The notes under the pieces are model-generated. The model ran no database searches, was not told the DNA's origin, and saw only the letters and a program-made list of their open reading frames with translations. Below are positions 17,746-28,322 of a DNA stretch of 52,738 bases, one piece after another. The DNA is from Patescibacteria group bacterium (GTDB lineage Bacteria; Patescibacteriota; Microgenomatia; UBA10105; UBA927). The position numbers and the translations under genes were made by a program. Numbering within the stretch: the first letter of the stretch is position 1; every line of letters starts with the position of its first letter. The stretch is taken from NCBI GenBank assembly GCA_049322955.1, contig JBMOPU010000033.1, forward strand, positions 194,784 to 247,521, in the 5' to 3' direction.

Positions 17746-18000
17746 ATGCTTATCTTTCATGTGTTGATCGCCGTTATCGGACTTGTACACGCGGTCGTTA
17801 CCGCGCTTTTTCCGTCGGAGACAAAACTCCGTGTATCCGCCGTACTTGCGGGATGTACGCTGGGAAGCGGAATCATATTGCTTTTCACCTCTTCCTCCGG
17901 GGTTGCGGCGGTGTGCGTACGGGGTATACTTTTTCTCGGGATAATCGGCGTATGTTCCTTTATCGCAAAAAGAAAATTATCCCGCTCATTGCTTTACTAA
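17746..18000 (+). CDS. small membrane protein
   Basis: 84 aa with three hydrophobic segments. The ATG follows the upstream stop by 2 nt. Confidence 0.4.
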   Translation: MLIFHVLIAVIGLVHAVVTALFPSETKLRVSAVLAGCTLGSGIILLFTSSSGVAAVCVRGILFLGIIGVCSFIAKRKLSRSLLY

Positions 18001-18031
18001 TGCTTCCGCCTCCACTATAGTGAGTGTTCGT

Positions 18032-19204
18032 ATGCCGACTCTTTCCGATGATCAACGACGGGCACTTTCCCATGTGATGGAATGGTACCGAAAGGATCGG
18101 GAAAGTATGCAGTATGTGACCCTCGGGGGCTATGCGGGAACGGGGAAAACAACCCTTATCGGGCTTATACGCAAAGAACTTCACACAATTGATCCCGGAC
18201 TTAAGGTCGGTTTTGTCAGTTTCACGGGGAAAGCGGCGCGTATTTTACAATCCAAGGTAAAAGAAGCCGGAGTATTATTCCGACAGGATAGTGTCGGGAC
18301 CATTCACTCGCTCATATATACGCCGATTCTCAATGCGAGTGATGAAATCGTAGGGTGGAAAACCAAGGATTCCATAGAAAAAAATCTTATTATCATCGAC
18401 GAAGCCTCCATGGTGGATGCCGTTATTTGGGAACATCTCCTGTCTTACCGGGTTCCGATGATCGTCGTCGGTGACCACGGGCAATTGCCTCCCATTAACG
18501 GAACATTTTCACTCATGCAATCGCCGAACCTTCGGTTAGAAGAAATTCACCGACAAGCCCGCGAAAATCCGATTATCGCCCTGTCCATAACCGCGCGCGA
18601 GCAGGGGTTTATCAAACCGGGGAGATACGGCAAAAACGTCATGAAATACGGCAGAGATGATGTGGACACGGGAGAAGCCATGCAGGAGATGCTCACCAAC
18701 TACCGTGATGACATGCTCATCCTTTGCGGGTACAACAAGACGCGGAAAAAGCTGAATACCTTTATCAGAAATTCTTTGGGGTTTGATTCGCCCGATCCGG
18801 TGCCCGGAGATAGGGTTATTTGTTTGCGAAATAACCACAAGGCGAAAATCTATAACGGTATGTTGGGAACCGTTACGGCAATTTCCCGAAAAAACGACCA
18901 TGTCTATGCCGCCGATATAGCGCTTGATGGGGAAGAGAGTGAATACTCGGGTCTTATTGCCGTTGAACAATTTAATGCCGATTCCGCCCTCAACTTTACC
19001 CAAAATCGGCGCATGTATAACGGCATCGACTTGTTTGATTTCGGTTACGCACTTACGGTGCACAAAGCACAGGGATCGCAGGCAAAAAAAGTCGTGCTGT
19101 TTGAAGAACGATTTGCCAAAATGACCGATGAGGACTGGAGAAGATGGTTATACACGGCGGTGACCCGTGCTGAAGAAGAACTCACTATCTTTCCCTCCCC
19201 GTAA
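18032..19204 (+). CDS. RecD/Dda-like SF1B DNA helicase
   Basis: Walker A GGYAGTGKTT, IIIDEASMVD, VVGDHGQLPPI, and C-terminal YALTVHKAQGSQ. Confidence 0.85.
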   Translation: MPTLSDDQRRALSHVMEWYRKDRESMQYVTLGGYAGTGKTTLIGLIRKELHTIDPGLKVGFVSFTGKAARILQSKVKEAGVLFRQDSVGTIHSLIYTPILNASDEIVGWKTKDSIEKNLIIIDEASMVDAVIWEHLLSYRVPMIVVGDHGQLPPINGTFSLMQSPNLRLEEIHRQARENPIIALSITAREQGFIKPGRYGKNVMKYGRDDVDTGEAMQEMLTNYRDDMLILCGYNKTRKKLNTFIRNSLGFDSPDPVPGDRVICLRNNHKAKIYNGMLGTVTAISRKNDHVYAADIALDGEESEYSGLIAVEQFNADSALNFTQNRRMYNGIDLFDFGYALTVHKAQGSQAKKVVLFEERFAKMTDEDWRRWLYTAVTRAEEELTIFPSP

Positions 19205-19222
19205 AACGGTATACTATAAGGT

Positions 19223-19798
19223 ATGGCAGAATCTACAATCGACGCCGTCTATGTCAAAAGTATTAACGGCACCGACGATATTATCAATGACAACAAACCG
19301 AAGGTAACATTCATCGGGCGTTCGAACGTGGGAAAGTCGAGTTTGATTAACTCCCTCACCAGCACCAAACTCGCGCGAAGTAGTAGCAGACCGGGGAAGA
19401 CGGTAAAGTTGGATTTCTTTCTCATAAATCGGGCGATATTTTTTGTCGATCTTCCCGGTTACGGATATGCGAGGCGAAGCAAAGAGAGTCTGGAACATTA
19501 CCGAAAACTTATCGCATGGTATCTGTTCCGTTCCGGCGTGGTACATAAACTCATTGTGCTCATTATCGATGCCAAGATCGGGATTACCGACTATGATCGC
19601 GAATCAATAAACCTTCTTATCGACCATCATTTGCCGTTTGTCGTGGCGGCAAATAAAGTCGATAAGTTGAAAGCAAATGAGCGGCATGCACAACTTACCG
19701 CCATCCAAAACGAGCTCGGCGAAATTCCCATGATTGTCTACTCATCCGTAACGGGTGAAGGCAAAGGCGTATTGATGAATCTTATTCTCAAAAAATAA
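19223..19798 (+). CDS. engB: ribosome biogenesis GTP-binding protein YsxC/EngB
   Basis: FIGRSNVGKSSLINSL (G1), DLPGYGYA (G3), ANKVDK (G4). Confidence 0.9.
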   Translation: MAESTIDAVYVKSINGTDDIINDNKPKVTFIGRSNVGKSSLINSLTSTKLARSSSRPGKTVKLDFFLINRAIFFVDLPGYGYARRSKESLEHYRKLIAWYLFRSGVVHKLIVLIIDAKIGITDYDRESINLLIDHHLPFVVAANKVDKLKANERHAQLTAIQNELGEIPMIVYSSVTGEGKGVLMNLILKK

Positions 19799-19820
19799 CC
19801 GGTGCGATTTCTGTGTGCAT

Positions 19821-20330
19821 ATGGATAAAATCCCCGTTATTACCGTTGTTCAGGATATGGACAAAGCAGTCGCCGTGATGCGGGAGGCGGGAAACTGGCT
19901 TCTTACCAGCGGGAAAAATCCCAATAAATGGTGGCACCCCGATTCCCTTACAACGGATTTTTTGCTCAGATACGTCAAACCGCATGAGTTTTATGTGATA
20001 ACGGTCGATGGCATTTCCGCCGCGGCGGTAGTACTTCAAATAACGGATACCCCTCAGTGGAATCATATTGACGGCGATCATCCCAAACGTGCCTTATACA
20101 TTCATTGGTTATGCGTCGCACGCAAATTCGCGGGCAAGGGTATGCCATCCCGTCTCATTGCCCTTGCGGAAGCGACCGCAAGAGATAAGGAAGTAAGGTT
20201 CCTTCGAGTCGACACGAATGCCGATGAACCGAAGTTGCGACGTATGTATGAGTCATGGGGATTTGTGGGTATTGCGGAGCGTAATGAGGGATATCGGAAA
20301 ACAATTTTTTATCAGAAGGAAATCGAATGA
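19821..20330 (+). CDS. GNAT family N-acetyltransferase
   Basis: LCVARKFAGKGMPSRLI (motif A-like) with a C-terminal YESWGF. Confidence 0.7.
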   Translation: MDKIPVITVVQDMDKAVAVMREAGNWLLTSGKNPNKWWHPDSLTTDFLLRYVKPHEFYVITVDGISAAAVVLQITDTPQWNHIDGDHPKRALYIHWLCVARKFAGKGMPSRLIALAEATARDKEVRFLRVDTNADEPKLRRMYESWGFVGIAERNEGYRKTIFYQKEIE

Positions 20331-21028
20331 TGAAAATAAAACTGCTGTCATGGAATATTTGGGGCGGCATTATGTTTCCCGGGATTCTTGGATATCTTGC
20401 CGAGACGAATGCCGATATCGTCGCACTGCAGGAAGTTTGTGAGGAGGAGGGGAGCAATACGGCAGAAAAACTTGCCGAACGGCTCGGCTACCAGTATTGC
20501 TATGCATACAATATGGATTGTTTATGGGAAGGAAAAGCAACCAGGCGGGGGAATGCGATACTCTCAAAATATCCGATTAGGACTATGCACCATTATATAC
20601 TCTCGTCGGTGCTTCCGAGAACGGCAATTCGTGGGGATATTGCGATAGGAAACAGCGTGCTCCATGTCATTTCGATCCATCTCGTTCCGCATTTTCCCGA
20701 TACGCCCCACCTCCAACGGGAACAGGTGACTTCCTTAGTCCGCGACCTTCCGAAGGAAAAGACGGTCATCATGGGAGACATGAACAATGTACCGACAAGT
20801 GACCCGTTAACCGTCATGACGCAGTACTTTACCGATTCAGACGTACGGGGAGTACCGACCTGGTGTTTGTACCCCGACGGACCCGCTCATGAAAAAAAAG
20901 AAAGCGTCGTTTGGAAATATGACTATATTTTATCGACAAGTGATCTTTGCGTAACAGACTTTGCGGTGGGGACGAGCAACGCTTCCGATCATCTTCCCGT
21001 CATCGCCATGCTTACGCTTCCTGAATAA
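20327..21028 (+). CDS. endonuclease/exonuclease/phosphatase (EEP) family protein
   Basis: LSWNIWGG...DIVALQEV N-terminus, GDMN, and terminal SDHLPV. Confidence 0.8.
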   Translation: MMKIKLLSWNIWGGIMFPGILGYLAETNADIVALQEVCEEEGSNTAEKLAERLGYQYCYAYNMDCLWEGKATRRGNAILSKYPIRTMHHYILSSVLPRTAIRGDIAIGNSVLHVISIHLVPHFPDTPHLQREQVTSLVRDLPKEKTVIMGDMNNVPTSDPLTVMTQYFTDSDVRGVPTWCLYPDGPAHEKKESVVWKYDYILSTSDLCVTDFAVGTSNASDHLPVIAMLTLPE

Positions 21029-21090
21029 ACTTTCAGGGATTATACCGGGTAATGTGATACACTCCGAATTGCGCTTTTGCGCTTGTGAAG

Positions 21091-22545
21091 ATGCATCAAA
21101 TCCTAGTAACCATACGAAAAAATTATCCGTTCGCCCTTCTGTGGCTCACCATCCTTTTGTTTATTTCATATTTTTCCTATGTGGGATTCAACAGGCACGA
21201 TAACTTTCATTCAAGAAGATTAGACTTGGGAAACATGGAACAAACAGTGTGGAATGTCATGCGTGGGAACGGTTTCGTGTTGACGGATCCCATGGGGAAC
21301 GGAACCATCTCCCGTCTTGCCGTTCATGCGGATTTTTTGCTCATCGTTATAGCACCCCTGTACCGCCTCTGGCAGGATCCCCGAATGCTTATTCTTATTC
21401 AGGCGGTTGTCGTCGCAATGGGAGCGATACCGGTCTATTGGTTGGCGATACGCTATATCGGCAATCGGAGCACGGCCTTGCTTTTTGCCGTGGCATACCT
21501 TTTGTATCCTCCGATTCAACGCATGGTGCTCCATGATTTCCATGCGGTTGCCCTTTCAATGGCACTTTTGCTGTTTGCCCATTGGTTTATGGAGGAAAGG
21601 CGGTACGGCCTCTTTATCGTGACGGCGTTCTTCGCGGGTCTCGGCAAAGAAACCGTTTGGATGCCGGTTGCACTCATGGGATTGTATATCTTTTTTTTCC
21701 AGAAAAATCGAACGGTCGGCGCGATATGCACACTCGTGGCAGGAGGAATATTTTATTATCTCATGTGGCATGCCATACCTGCCGTAACCTATGACAAACA
21801 GCATTTTGCATTACAGTACCTATCGGAATTCGGTGAGAACCAGAATGCTATTATATTTTCCATACTGGCAAATCCTTTCGCGGTGATAACCACCCTCTTA
21901 CGACCGGACAGGCTTTTCTATTACTCTCAATTGCTGTTCCCGGTGGGATTTCTTCCCGTATTTGCTTCGCCGTATCTGCTCTTTGCCGCACCGAGTATGC
22001 TGATTAATGCGTTAAGTTCCAACGCGCATATGCGTCAGATTGACTATCAGTACACCAGCGAGATAATTCCGTTTATTTTTGTGGCCGCGATTGTCGGGTA
22101 TGCAAACATACGTTCCATTGTTTTGCGTTATGCAATATTCGGAGGAACACGGGTTGTCAGATGGTTGTCATTGTCGGTTATCGGAACCGCGATATATGCG
22201 TCGTACCTCTGGGGAGAGTTGCCGTTAACGCGTCAGGATAGGTTTTTTTATTTTATCTGGGCATTACCGGAAACATCTGTAATGAAGGCAATTGAAGAAC
22301 GGATACCAGAGTCGGCAAGTGTATCGGTGACCAATAATATCGGCTCTCATTTTGCGAAACGGAAGGAATTGTATAATTTTCCGGTCAACGCAATGTCGTC
22401 AGACTACGCCGTGGTACGATTAGGTGATCAGTATGCTTGGCCAAGCGGTAACACACAGCGTGAAACGGTGGATGCTCTGCTTGGAAGTTCCGACCATACG
22501 CTCATTGCCCATGACGGGGAATTTTATGCGTTTATAAAGAAATAA
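21091..22545 (+). CDS. DUF2079 integral membrane protein (putative glycosyltransferase-like)
   Basis: FHSRRLDLGNMEQTVWN...AVHADFLL hallmark. Many TM helices. Confidence 0.8.
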   Translation: MHQILVTIRKNYPFALLWLTILLFISYFSYVGFNRHDNFHSRRLDLGNMEQTVWNVMRGNGFVLTDPMGNGTISRLAVHADFLLIVIAPLYRLWQDPRMLILIQAVVVAMGAIPVYWLAIRYIGNRSTALLFAVAYLLYPPIQRMVLHDFHAVALSMALLLFAHWFMEERRYGLFIVTAFFAGLGKETVWMPVALMGLYIFFFQKNRTVGAICTLVAGGIFYYLMWHAIPAVTYDKQHFALQYLSEFGENQNAIIFSILANPFAVITTLLRPDRLFYYSQLLFPVGFLPVFASPYLLFAAPSMLINALSSNAHMRQIDYQYTSEIIPFIFVAAIVGYANIRSIVLRYAIFGGTRVVRWLSLSVIGTAIYASYLWGELPLTRQDRFFYFIWALPETSVMKAIEERIPESASVSVTNNIGSHFAKRKELYNFPVNAMSSDYAVVRLGDQYAWPSGNTQRETVDALLGSSDHTLIAHDGEFYAFIKK

Positions 22546-22547
22546 CT

Positions 22548-23486
22548 ATGAAAAAAATTGATGTCAGTATTGTTGTTCCATTGTACAACGAAGAAGAAAG
22601 TCTCAATGAGCTTGTCATGAAAACTGATCAGGCATTTGCTGGTTCGAAAAACGTTATCGAGTACATCTTTATTGATGACGGCAGTACGGACGGTTCTTAT
22701 AAAAAATTACTTTCGCTTCGGAAAAAAACAAAAAACTGCGTTACGATCATTCGGTTACGAAAACGCTCGGGCAAATCAGCGGCGCTTGCACAAGGATTCG
22801 GCTATGTGTCGGGAGAGTATATCGTCACCCTTGATGCCGATTTGCAGGACGATCCCTTTGAGGCGCAAAAACTCGTAAGCCGTATGCATGATTCGGTCGA
22901 TATGATTGTCGGTTGGCGTGAGAAAAGACAGGATTCTCAGGGTAAACTTGGCGTTTCAAAACTGTTTAATTGGGGAGTATCACTGTTTTCGGGTATCCGA
23001 TTGCATGACATGAATTCCGGTCTCAAGGTAATGCGAAAAATCGTGGCGGATGAGATTGATCTTTATGGAGAATTACATCGGTTTATACCCGTGTTGGCAC
23101 ACGCGCGTGGATTCCGGGTTATTGAGGTTCCCATCCTTCATCATGCGAGAAAGTTTGGAAAATCGAAATTCGGAGTAGAACGGGTATTTGCGGCCTTTGA
23201 TTTGCTCTCTACCTTGTTTCTTTCGGGATTCGGTACCAGACCGCTTATTGTGTTTGGACCTGTCGGAGTGGGGTTGGTGGGAGCGGGAATCATTGCGCTT
23301 ACCTATCTGTCGACATTGCATTTTTTGGGACAATCCATCGGTACGCGCCCGCTTTTATTGCTCGGGGTGTTATGCATCGTATTCGGGGTACAGCTTCTTT
23401 CAACGGGGTTGTTGGGTGAACTTATTATTAGTACATCCGCCGGGAGGAGAAAAGTATCCGTCTCGTCGGTGATAAAACCGCAATGA
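22548..23486 (+). CDS. family 2 glycosyltransferase (polyprenyl-phosphate glycosyltransferase type)
   Basis: VSIVVPLYNEE, IDDGSTDGS, LDADLQDDP, and two C-terminal TM helices. Confidence 0.9.
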   Translation: MKKIDVSIVVPLYNEEESLNELVMKTDQAFAGSKNVIEYIFIDDGSTDGSYKKLLSLRKKTKNCVTIIRLRKRSGKSAALAQGFGYVSGEYIVTLDADLQDDPFEAQKLVSRMHDSVDMIVGWREKRQDSQGKLGVSKLFNWGVSLFSGIRLHDMNSGLKVMRKIVADEIDLYGELHRFIPVLAHARGFRVIEVPILHHARKFGKSKFGVERVFAAFDLLSTLFLSGFGTRPLIVFGPVGVGLVGAGIIALTYLSTLHFLGQSIGTRPLLLLGVLCIVFGVQLLSTGLLGELIISTSAGRRKVSVSSVIKPQ

Positions 23487-23752
23487 AGATATCGTTTGAT
23501 GCTTGGGTCATTTTCGGATTTTTAGCACAGTTCGTTTTTTTTCTCCGGTTCGCCGTACAGTGGTGGGCATCGGAAAAAGAAAAAAAGAGTGTCGTGCCGC
23601 TCAGTTTTTGGTATCTGAGTATTGTCGGGTCTGTGATGATACTTATCTATGCGATACGTCGGGAAGATATTGTGTTTATCACCGCGCAGTTTTTGGCGCT
23701 TATTATCTATATACGCAATATCATGTTGCACAAACAGAATACACAGATATAA
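23483..23752 (+). CDS. lipid-A-disaccharide synthase N-terminal (LAB_N) domain membrane protein
   Basis: FGFLAQFVFFLRFAVQWWASEK...FWYLSIVGS. ATGA overlap with the GT2 gene. Confidence 0.75.
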   Translation: MKISFDAWVIFGFLAQFVFFLRFAVQWWASEKEKKSVVPLSFWYLSIVGSVMILIYAIRREDIVFITAQFLALIIYIRNIMLHKQNTQI

Positions 23753-23780
23753 AAAACCGGCCCCTACAGAGCCGGTTTTT
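23752..23780. terminator. bidirectional terminator between convergent genes
   Basis: AAAAACCGGC-ccctacaga-GCCGGTTTTT. Confidence 0.65.
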
Positions 23781-23796
23781 ATATCGTATAAGTAGA

Positions 23797-24249
23797 TTAC
23801 TCGACCGTTACCGTTCCCTTCATCCCCATAGCCCGATGTTTTCCGACGGAACAGTAGTATTCAAACGAGCCTGCTTTGTCCGGGGTGAACTCAACGGTAT
23901 CCGTCTCACCGCCGTTTATGACCTTTGTCTTTACCCCGAGCTCATCAATCACAAAGTCATGCGGCATTTTGCCGGTGTTTTTGAGGGTAAGTTTGACAGT
24001 TTCTCCTTTTTTGAATGTTAGGGTTGCAGGAGCAAATTTAAATTCAAACCCTTCTACGGTGATTTCTTTCACTGTTCCTTCTTCCATAATCCCTGACGGG
24101 CTGGAAGAGTCTGCGGGAGTTACGGTTTCCTGCATCATCTTCTTTTCCGATTCCATGCTATCGGATTGCGGTTTGGTGTTCGTTACATACCAAATGCCAC
24201 CCGCGGCAAGAGCGATCAATATCAATACGATGACGATATTATTTTTCAT
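23797..24249 (-). CDS. membrane-anchored cupredoxin domain protein
   Basis: N-terminal anchor. MPHDFVID...YYCSVGKHRAMGM supplies His/Cys/His/Met type-1 copper ligands. Confidence 0.8.
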   Translation of the reverse strand: MKNNIVIVLILIALAAGGIWYVTNTKPQSDSMESEKKMMQETVTPADSSSPSGIMEEGTVKEITVEGFEFKFAPATLTFKKGETVKLTLKNTGKMPHDFVIDELGVKTKVINGGETDTVEFTPDKAGSFEYYCSVGKHRAMGMKGTVTVE

Positions 24250-24304
24250 AATTTTTATCTCCTTTGTATTTTATATTACAGTATAAAATATCGGGACGCG
24301 AGTA

Positions 24305-24748
24305 TCACTTTGCACTCGGCGTTGATTCCTCCATGCGTCGGAGAATTGGGTTGATTTGAATGTTTTGCGCGGTAACTGATCCGTCGGCATTTTCCGATCC
24401 GAATACGGCGACTTGAGTTCCCGATATGAGATCGGATATTGTTCCTTCCGAGGCTTTGTTTATCTGCGTTTTCTCGGAAAGCAGGATGATTTTACTGCTT
24501 CCGTCAGGAAGCTTCACCGTGATGGACTTGGCGTCCGTTTTCATGATTTCTCCTCCCACCGGTCTTAATCCGCCGCGCATGCCGTTTCCGGTTCCCATCA
24601 TCGTTCCCGCTCCTCTGCCTGAGAAATTAGCGCTTCCCCGGGTGAAAAACTGCCCGCGTTTGGTTTGTTGATACTTTGTGCCCGCAAAAAAACCGCCGCC
24701 AGCCGCAATCGCGACTCCCAAGACAATGACCATCATTTGTTGTTTCAT
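24305..24748 (-). CDS. secreted/anchored Gly-rich protein with DUF5666-like C-terminal repeat
   Basis: N-terminal anchor, a GRGAGTMMGTGNGMRGG tract, then a beta-rich segment similar in style to 1517-2272. Confidence 0.5.
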   Translation of the reverse strand: MKQQMMVIVLGVAIAAGGGFFAGTKYQQTKRGQFFTRGSANFSGRGAGTMMGTGNGMRGGLRPVGGEIMKTDAKSITVKLPDGSSKIILLSEKTQINKASEGTISDLISGTQVAVFGSENADGSVTAQNIQINPILRRMEESTPSAK

Positions 24749-24891
24749 ACGTATGCTCCTCCTTTGTTCATTATCATATAGTCTGCTGAAATACTGCTGA
24801 ATTTATACAGAGAAAAAGTAATACGAGTTATCGTTCGGCTACAGCCATGCCGCGTGTCGGGGGAAAAATTGGTAATTTTGCCTCGGGAGGT

Positions 24892-26115
24892 TCACTCGTA
24901 TCGCAATGCCTCAATAGGTTGCAAGTCTGCGGCTTTGCGGGCTGGGTACCATCCGAACAATATCCCTATTGCACCCGACACTCCGATAGCGAGTATGACG
25001 GCATACGGTGATACGGTAAACGGCATGTTCATTACTCTGGTAAGCGCGTAGGAAATTGCAATGCCCAAGAGCATCCCCGCAAAGCCGCCGATAATCGTTA
25101 AAAGAATCGCTTCCGTCAGAAACTGGGTGATAACAATTTTTTTGGTCGCCCCTAATGCTTTGCGTAGTCCTATTTCCCTCGTACGTTCCGTAACGGTCAC
25201 GAGCATTATGTTCATAATCCCGATACCTCCCACCAGAAGAGAAATGGCGGCTATTCCTCCCAATAAGGTGGTAAATGTTCCCGTGACCTGCGAGACGGTA
25301 CTCAAAATATCATTCTGCGAAAGAATCATAAAATCTGCGCCCGCGGGATCGGAAATACGATGCCTGTTCAAAAGAAAATACCCTACCTCATTTTGCGCAT
25401 CGGTCATGACGTCAGCGCTTTTTGCCTCTATGGCGATGCTGGATAAATGGCTTGCACCGAAAAGTATTTTTTGTGCGGTGGAAAGGGGAACATAAATGGC
25501 ATTATCGGGATTAGTAAAGCCGGTTCCTCCTTTGCTGGCGGTAATTCCTATCACGGTAAGCGTTTGTCCGTTTATTCTGATAGTTTGCCCGAGCGGATCA
25601 ATGCCTTCACCGAATAAATCAGAAGCGACCGTAGGACCAAGCACCGCAACTTTTGATAATGCCGAAATATGAGACTCGGTAATGAATGTTCCTGAAGAAA
25701 GGGTGACTTTCCGCATGTCGGCGTATTGCGGTTCGACGCCGGTTATTTGCGTGTTCGTGTTATTTCTGCCGGCTGTCACCTGACTTCGACCGCTATACTC
25801 CGGGGAGACACGGGAAACGGTGGAAAGCGACGGTGCCGACTTTATCGCTTCAGCATCCGCATTCGTAAGCGTCGTGCCTCCTCCGGCGGCACCCCGTATG
25901 CCGCCGCTACTCATACTTCCTGGCTGTACCGTCAGAATATTTGAGCCCAACGATTGAATCTGATTTTCGACGGATTTTTGACTGCTTTGTCCGAGACTGA
26001 TAAGTGCAATCACGCTTCCGATGCCGATAACAATCCCCAGGATTGCAAGCCCCGTTCTCAGCTTGTTGATCGAGAGTGTTCCCAACGCTTCGATAAATAT
26101 TTCCCGGTATTCCAT
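24892..26115 (-). CDS. ABC transporter permease, MacB/FtsX family
   Basis: MacB periplasmic domain plus an FtsX C-terminal 3-helix bundle (REIGLRKALGA). ATG at 26115 chosen, 4 nt after the ATPase stop. Confidence 0.9.
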   Translation of the reverse strand: MEYREIFIEALGTLSINKLRTGLAILGIVIGIGSVIALISLGQSSQKSVENQIQSLGSNILTVQPGSMSSGGIRGAAGGGTTLTNADAEAIKSAPSLSTVSRVSPEYSGRSQVTAGRNNTNTQITGVEPQYADMRKVTLSSGTFITESHISALSKVAVLGPTVASDLFGEGIDPLGQTIRINGQTLTVIGITASKGGTGFTNPDNAIYVPLSTAQKILFGASHLSSIAIEAKSADVMTDAQNEVGYFLLNRHRISDPAGADFMILSQNDILSTVSQVTGTFTTLLGGIAAISLLVGGIGIMNIMLVTVTERTREIGLRKALGATKKIVITQFLTEAILLTIIGGFAGMLLGIAISYALTRVMNMPFTVSPYAVILAIGVSGAIGILFGWYPARKAADLQPIEALRYE

Positions 26116-26119
26116 AGGA

Positions 26120-26818
26120 TTATCTCGCAACTTTTGTGCGCTTGATATTTTTTTTGTCCGATATAATCTTGCCGTCCTTGAGAATAATGATGCGCGTTGC
26201 ATGGTTTGCAATATCCGGTTCATGGGTAATCATCACGATGGTATGTCCCGCATCGTTTAAGTCTTCAAATATCCTCATGATTTCGTCCGCCTGATGCGAA
26301 GCAATGTTTCCCGTCGGTTCATCGGCAAGAAGAATCGCGGGATTCATGGCAAGACCGCGTGCTATGGCAACGCGTTGCTGTTGTCCCCCTGAAAGTTGAT
26401 TGGATGTATGTTCCATACGATCCTTCAGTCCCACCATTTCCAGATATTTTTTTGCCCGTTTGAGACGTTCTTCTTTGGGGATTCCGGCATACATCAGGGG
26501 AACGGTTACGTTTTTTATTGCGGTGGTGCGGGGAAGCAGATTGAACGCCTGAAATATAAAACCGATTTTTTTATTTCGTATGACTGCCAGATCATCTTCG
26601 GATAGCGAGGATACTTTCTCTCCGTCAAGTATATACATGCCGCTCGTAGGGAGATCGAGAGCGCCGAGGATGTGCATGAGGGTTGATTTCCCCGATCCCG
26701 ACGGTCCCATGATGGCGACGAATTCTCCCTTTTTGATTTCAAATGAAACATCATCGAGAGCGATGGTTTCTATCGCTTCCGTCTTATAGATTTTAGTGAT
26801 ATGCCGAATAGAAATCAT
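26120..26818 (-). CDS. ABC transporter ATP-binding protein (MacB/LolD type)
   Basis: GPSGSGKST, LSGGQQQRVAIARGL, LLADEPTGN. Confidence 0.93.
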   Translation of the reverse strand: MISIRHITKIYKTEAIETIALDDVSFEIKKGEFVAIMGPSGSGKSTLMHILGALDLPTSGMYILDGEKVSSLSEDDLAVIRNKKIGFIFQAFNLLPRTTAIKNVTVPLMYAGIPKEERLKRAKKYLEMVGLKDRMEHTSNQLSGGQQQRVAIARGLAMNPAILLADEPTGNIASHQADEIMRIFEDLNDAGHTIVMITHEPDIANHATRIIILKDGKIISDKKNIKRTKVAR

Positions 26819-26963
26819 ACCTGGCGTGAAATATCTACCATTGCGTTTTACGCGATGGTGCGTTTAATTTTCTTTACTCCAATACATACTTTCCTCGACA
26901 GTTATCTAACCCACGCCCAATGAAGGGAAAAGTTTCGAAATTTTTCCTCCCCGGTCATACATA

Positions 26964-28322
26964 TTATCTGCCGATCATTTGTATTTGTCTGTTTCCGCCG
27001 CTTCCGGTTCGGCCGAACGGGCTAAAAACGGAGGGAGAGGAAGCGGATGTGCCGTTGCCGGTCGCCGTAGTCATTGAGGTTACGACAATATCGCCTTCAG
27101 AAACGCCCGAGATAATTTCCGCCTGACTGTCGCTTATAAGACCCGTTTCAACCTCAACCTGGCTTACCTCGTTATTTTTCATGATCCGCACGGTCGTCTG
27201 TCCGTTTGTTGTGGTCAAGGCTGTTGCGGGAACCACAAGCACATCATCTTTTGTTGCGGTGATGATAGAGGCGCTGGCTGACATATTGGGGAGCAGTCCC
27301 TCAAGCGGCGAGTCAAGTTTGACGATCGCAGGATACGTTGTGACTCCCGATGATTCCGTACCGATCGTATCGATGCTGACGACTTCTCCGGTAAAGGTTT
27401 TATCGCCGAATGCGTCAAAGGTAAGCGTTGCTTTATTACCCGCTTTAATTCTGGGCGCATCGATTTGAGTGACATTAAGACTGATCGTGGGAGGCGCCGA
27501 TGTTTTGACGCTGGCAATCCGTTGCGATGTAGAACCTCCTGAGGAATTTGTCTGTGCGGTGATAACCGTTCCCGGTTGCAGGGAAAGTCCTGTTATGGTC
27601 CCCGAAATCGGCGCAACAATGATGGCCGAAGATTGCTGGTAGGAATACCATGCAGAAGAGAGAGATGTCTGTGCCTGTATGATCGCTTTTTCCTGAATTT
27701 TATATTTCGCCTCCGATGCAAGCCAGTCATTTTGTGTGATGACAAAATCCGTAAGCTGACGGTTTGCGGTATTGGGAGTATCATCGGCATTTTCATATGT
27801 GGCGTTCGTCGCCTTGCTCATGTAGGACTCCCATTCGGTCAATAGTGTTGATTGGATTGTATAGAGGTTTGCCTTTGCGGTTTCAAGATTGTTTTGTGCG
27901 CTTTGATAACTCGCATATGCCTGCTGTGACCGCTGTTGACCCGTAAGATCAAGATCGAGTTGTGCTATTTTGTCTCCCGCTTTTACGGTGTCGCCGTCTT
28001 TGACATAGACGTCGGTTACCACACCCGACGCCTGTGTTGTCACTTCAGCGCTATTTGCGCTCGAAACTTGTCCGGATACCGATACTGCGGCAACCAATGT
28101 GCCTTTTTCTACAATCGCCGTCTGATAGACCGGTGTTGTTTTTTTGGAGGTGGAAATCTTCTGAATGCCGAACCACCCGATGACAAGAATTAACAAAATC
28201 ACCCCGCCCTTTTTTATCCGGGGAAGCGTGAGAAAGCCCTGATACACTCGTTTCATACCGTCCATCATACCGGTGCATACTGAAGTAAAGCTGAAGGTTT
28301 TTGATACGGGTTTTTGTTTCAT
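26964..28322 (-). CDS. efflux periplasmic adaptor (HlyD/MacA family membrane fusion protein)
   Basis: Anchor, lipoyl-like VKDGDTVKAGDKIAQLD, a coiled-coil section, and a beta-barrel C-terminus. ATGA overlap with the kinase gene. Confidence 0.85.
   Translation of the reverse strand: MKQKPVSKTFSFTSVCTGMMDGMKRVYQGFLTLPRIKKGGVILLILVIGWFGIQKISTSKKTTPVYQTAIVEKGTLVAAVSVSGQVSSANSAEVTTQASGVVTDVYVKDGDTVKAGDKIAQLDLDLTGQQRSQQAYASYQSAQNNLETAKANLYTIQSTLLTEWESYMSKATNATYENADDTPNTANRQLTDFVITQNDWLASEAKYKIQEKAIIQAQTSLSSAWYSYQQSSAIIVAPISGTITGLSLQPGTVITAQTNSSGGSTSQRIASVKTSAPPTISLNVTQIDAPRIKAGNKATLTFDAFGDKTFTGEVVSIDTIGTESSGVTTYPAIVKLDSPLEGLLPNMSASASIITATKDDVLVVPATALTTTNGQTTVRIMKNNEVSQVEVETGLISDSQAEIISGVSEGDIVVTSMTTATGNGTSASSPSVFSPFGRTGSGGNRQIQMIGR

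Noticed and set aside
23503-24021. A 172-aa plus-strand ORF spans the LAB_N gene, the intergenic terminator and the antisense strand of the cupredoxin gene. ORF 2945-3424 similarly crosses the MutY-like/MazG boundary.
   Set aside because: Both cross a terminator or a convergent gene junction, and both overlap ORFs with clear family signatures in other frames.
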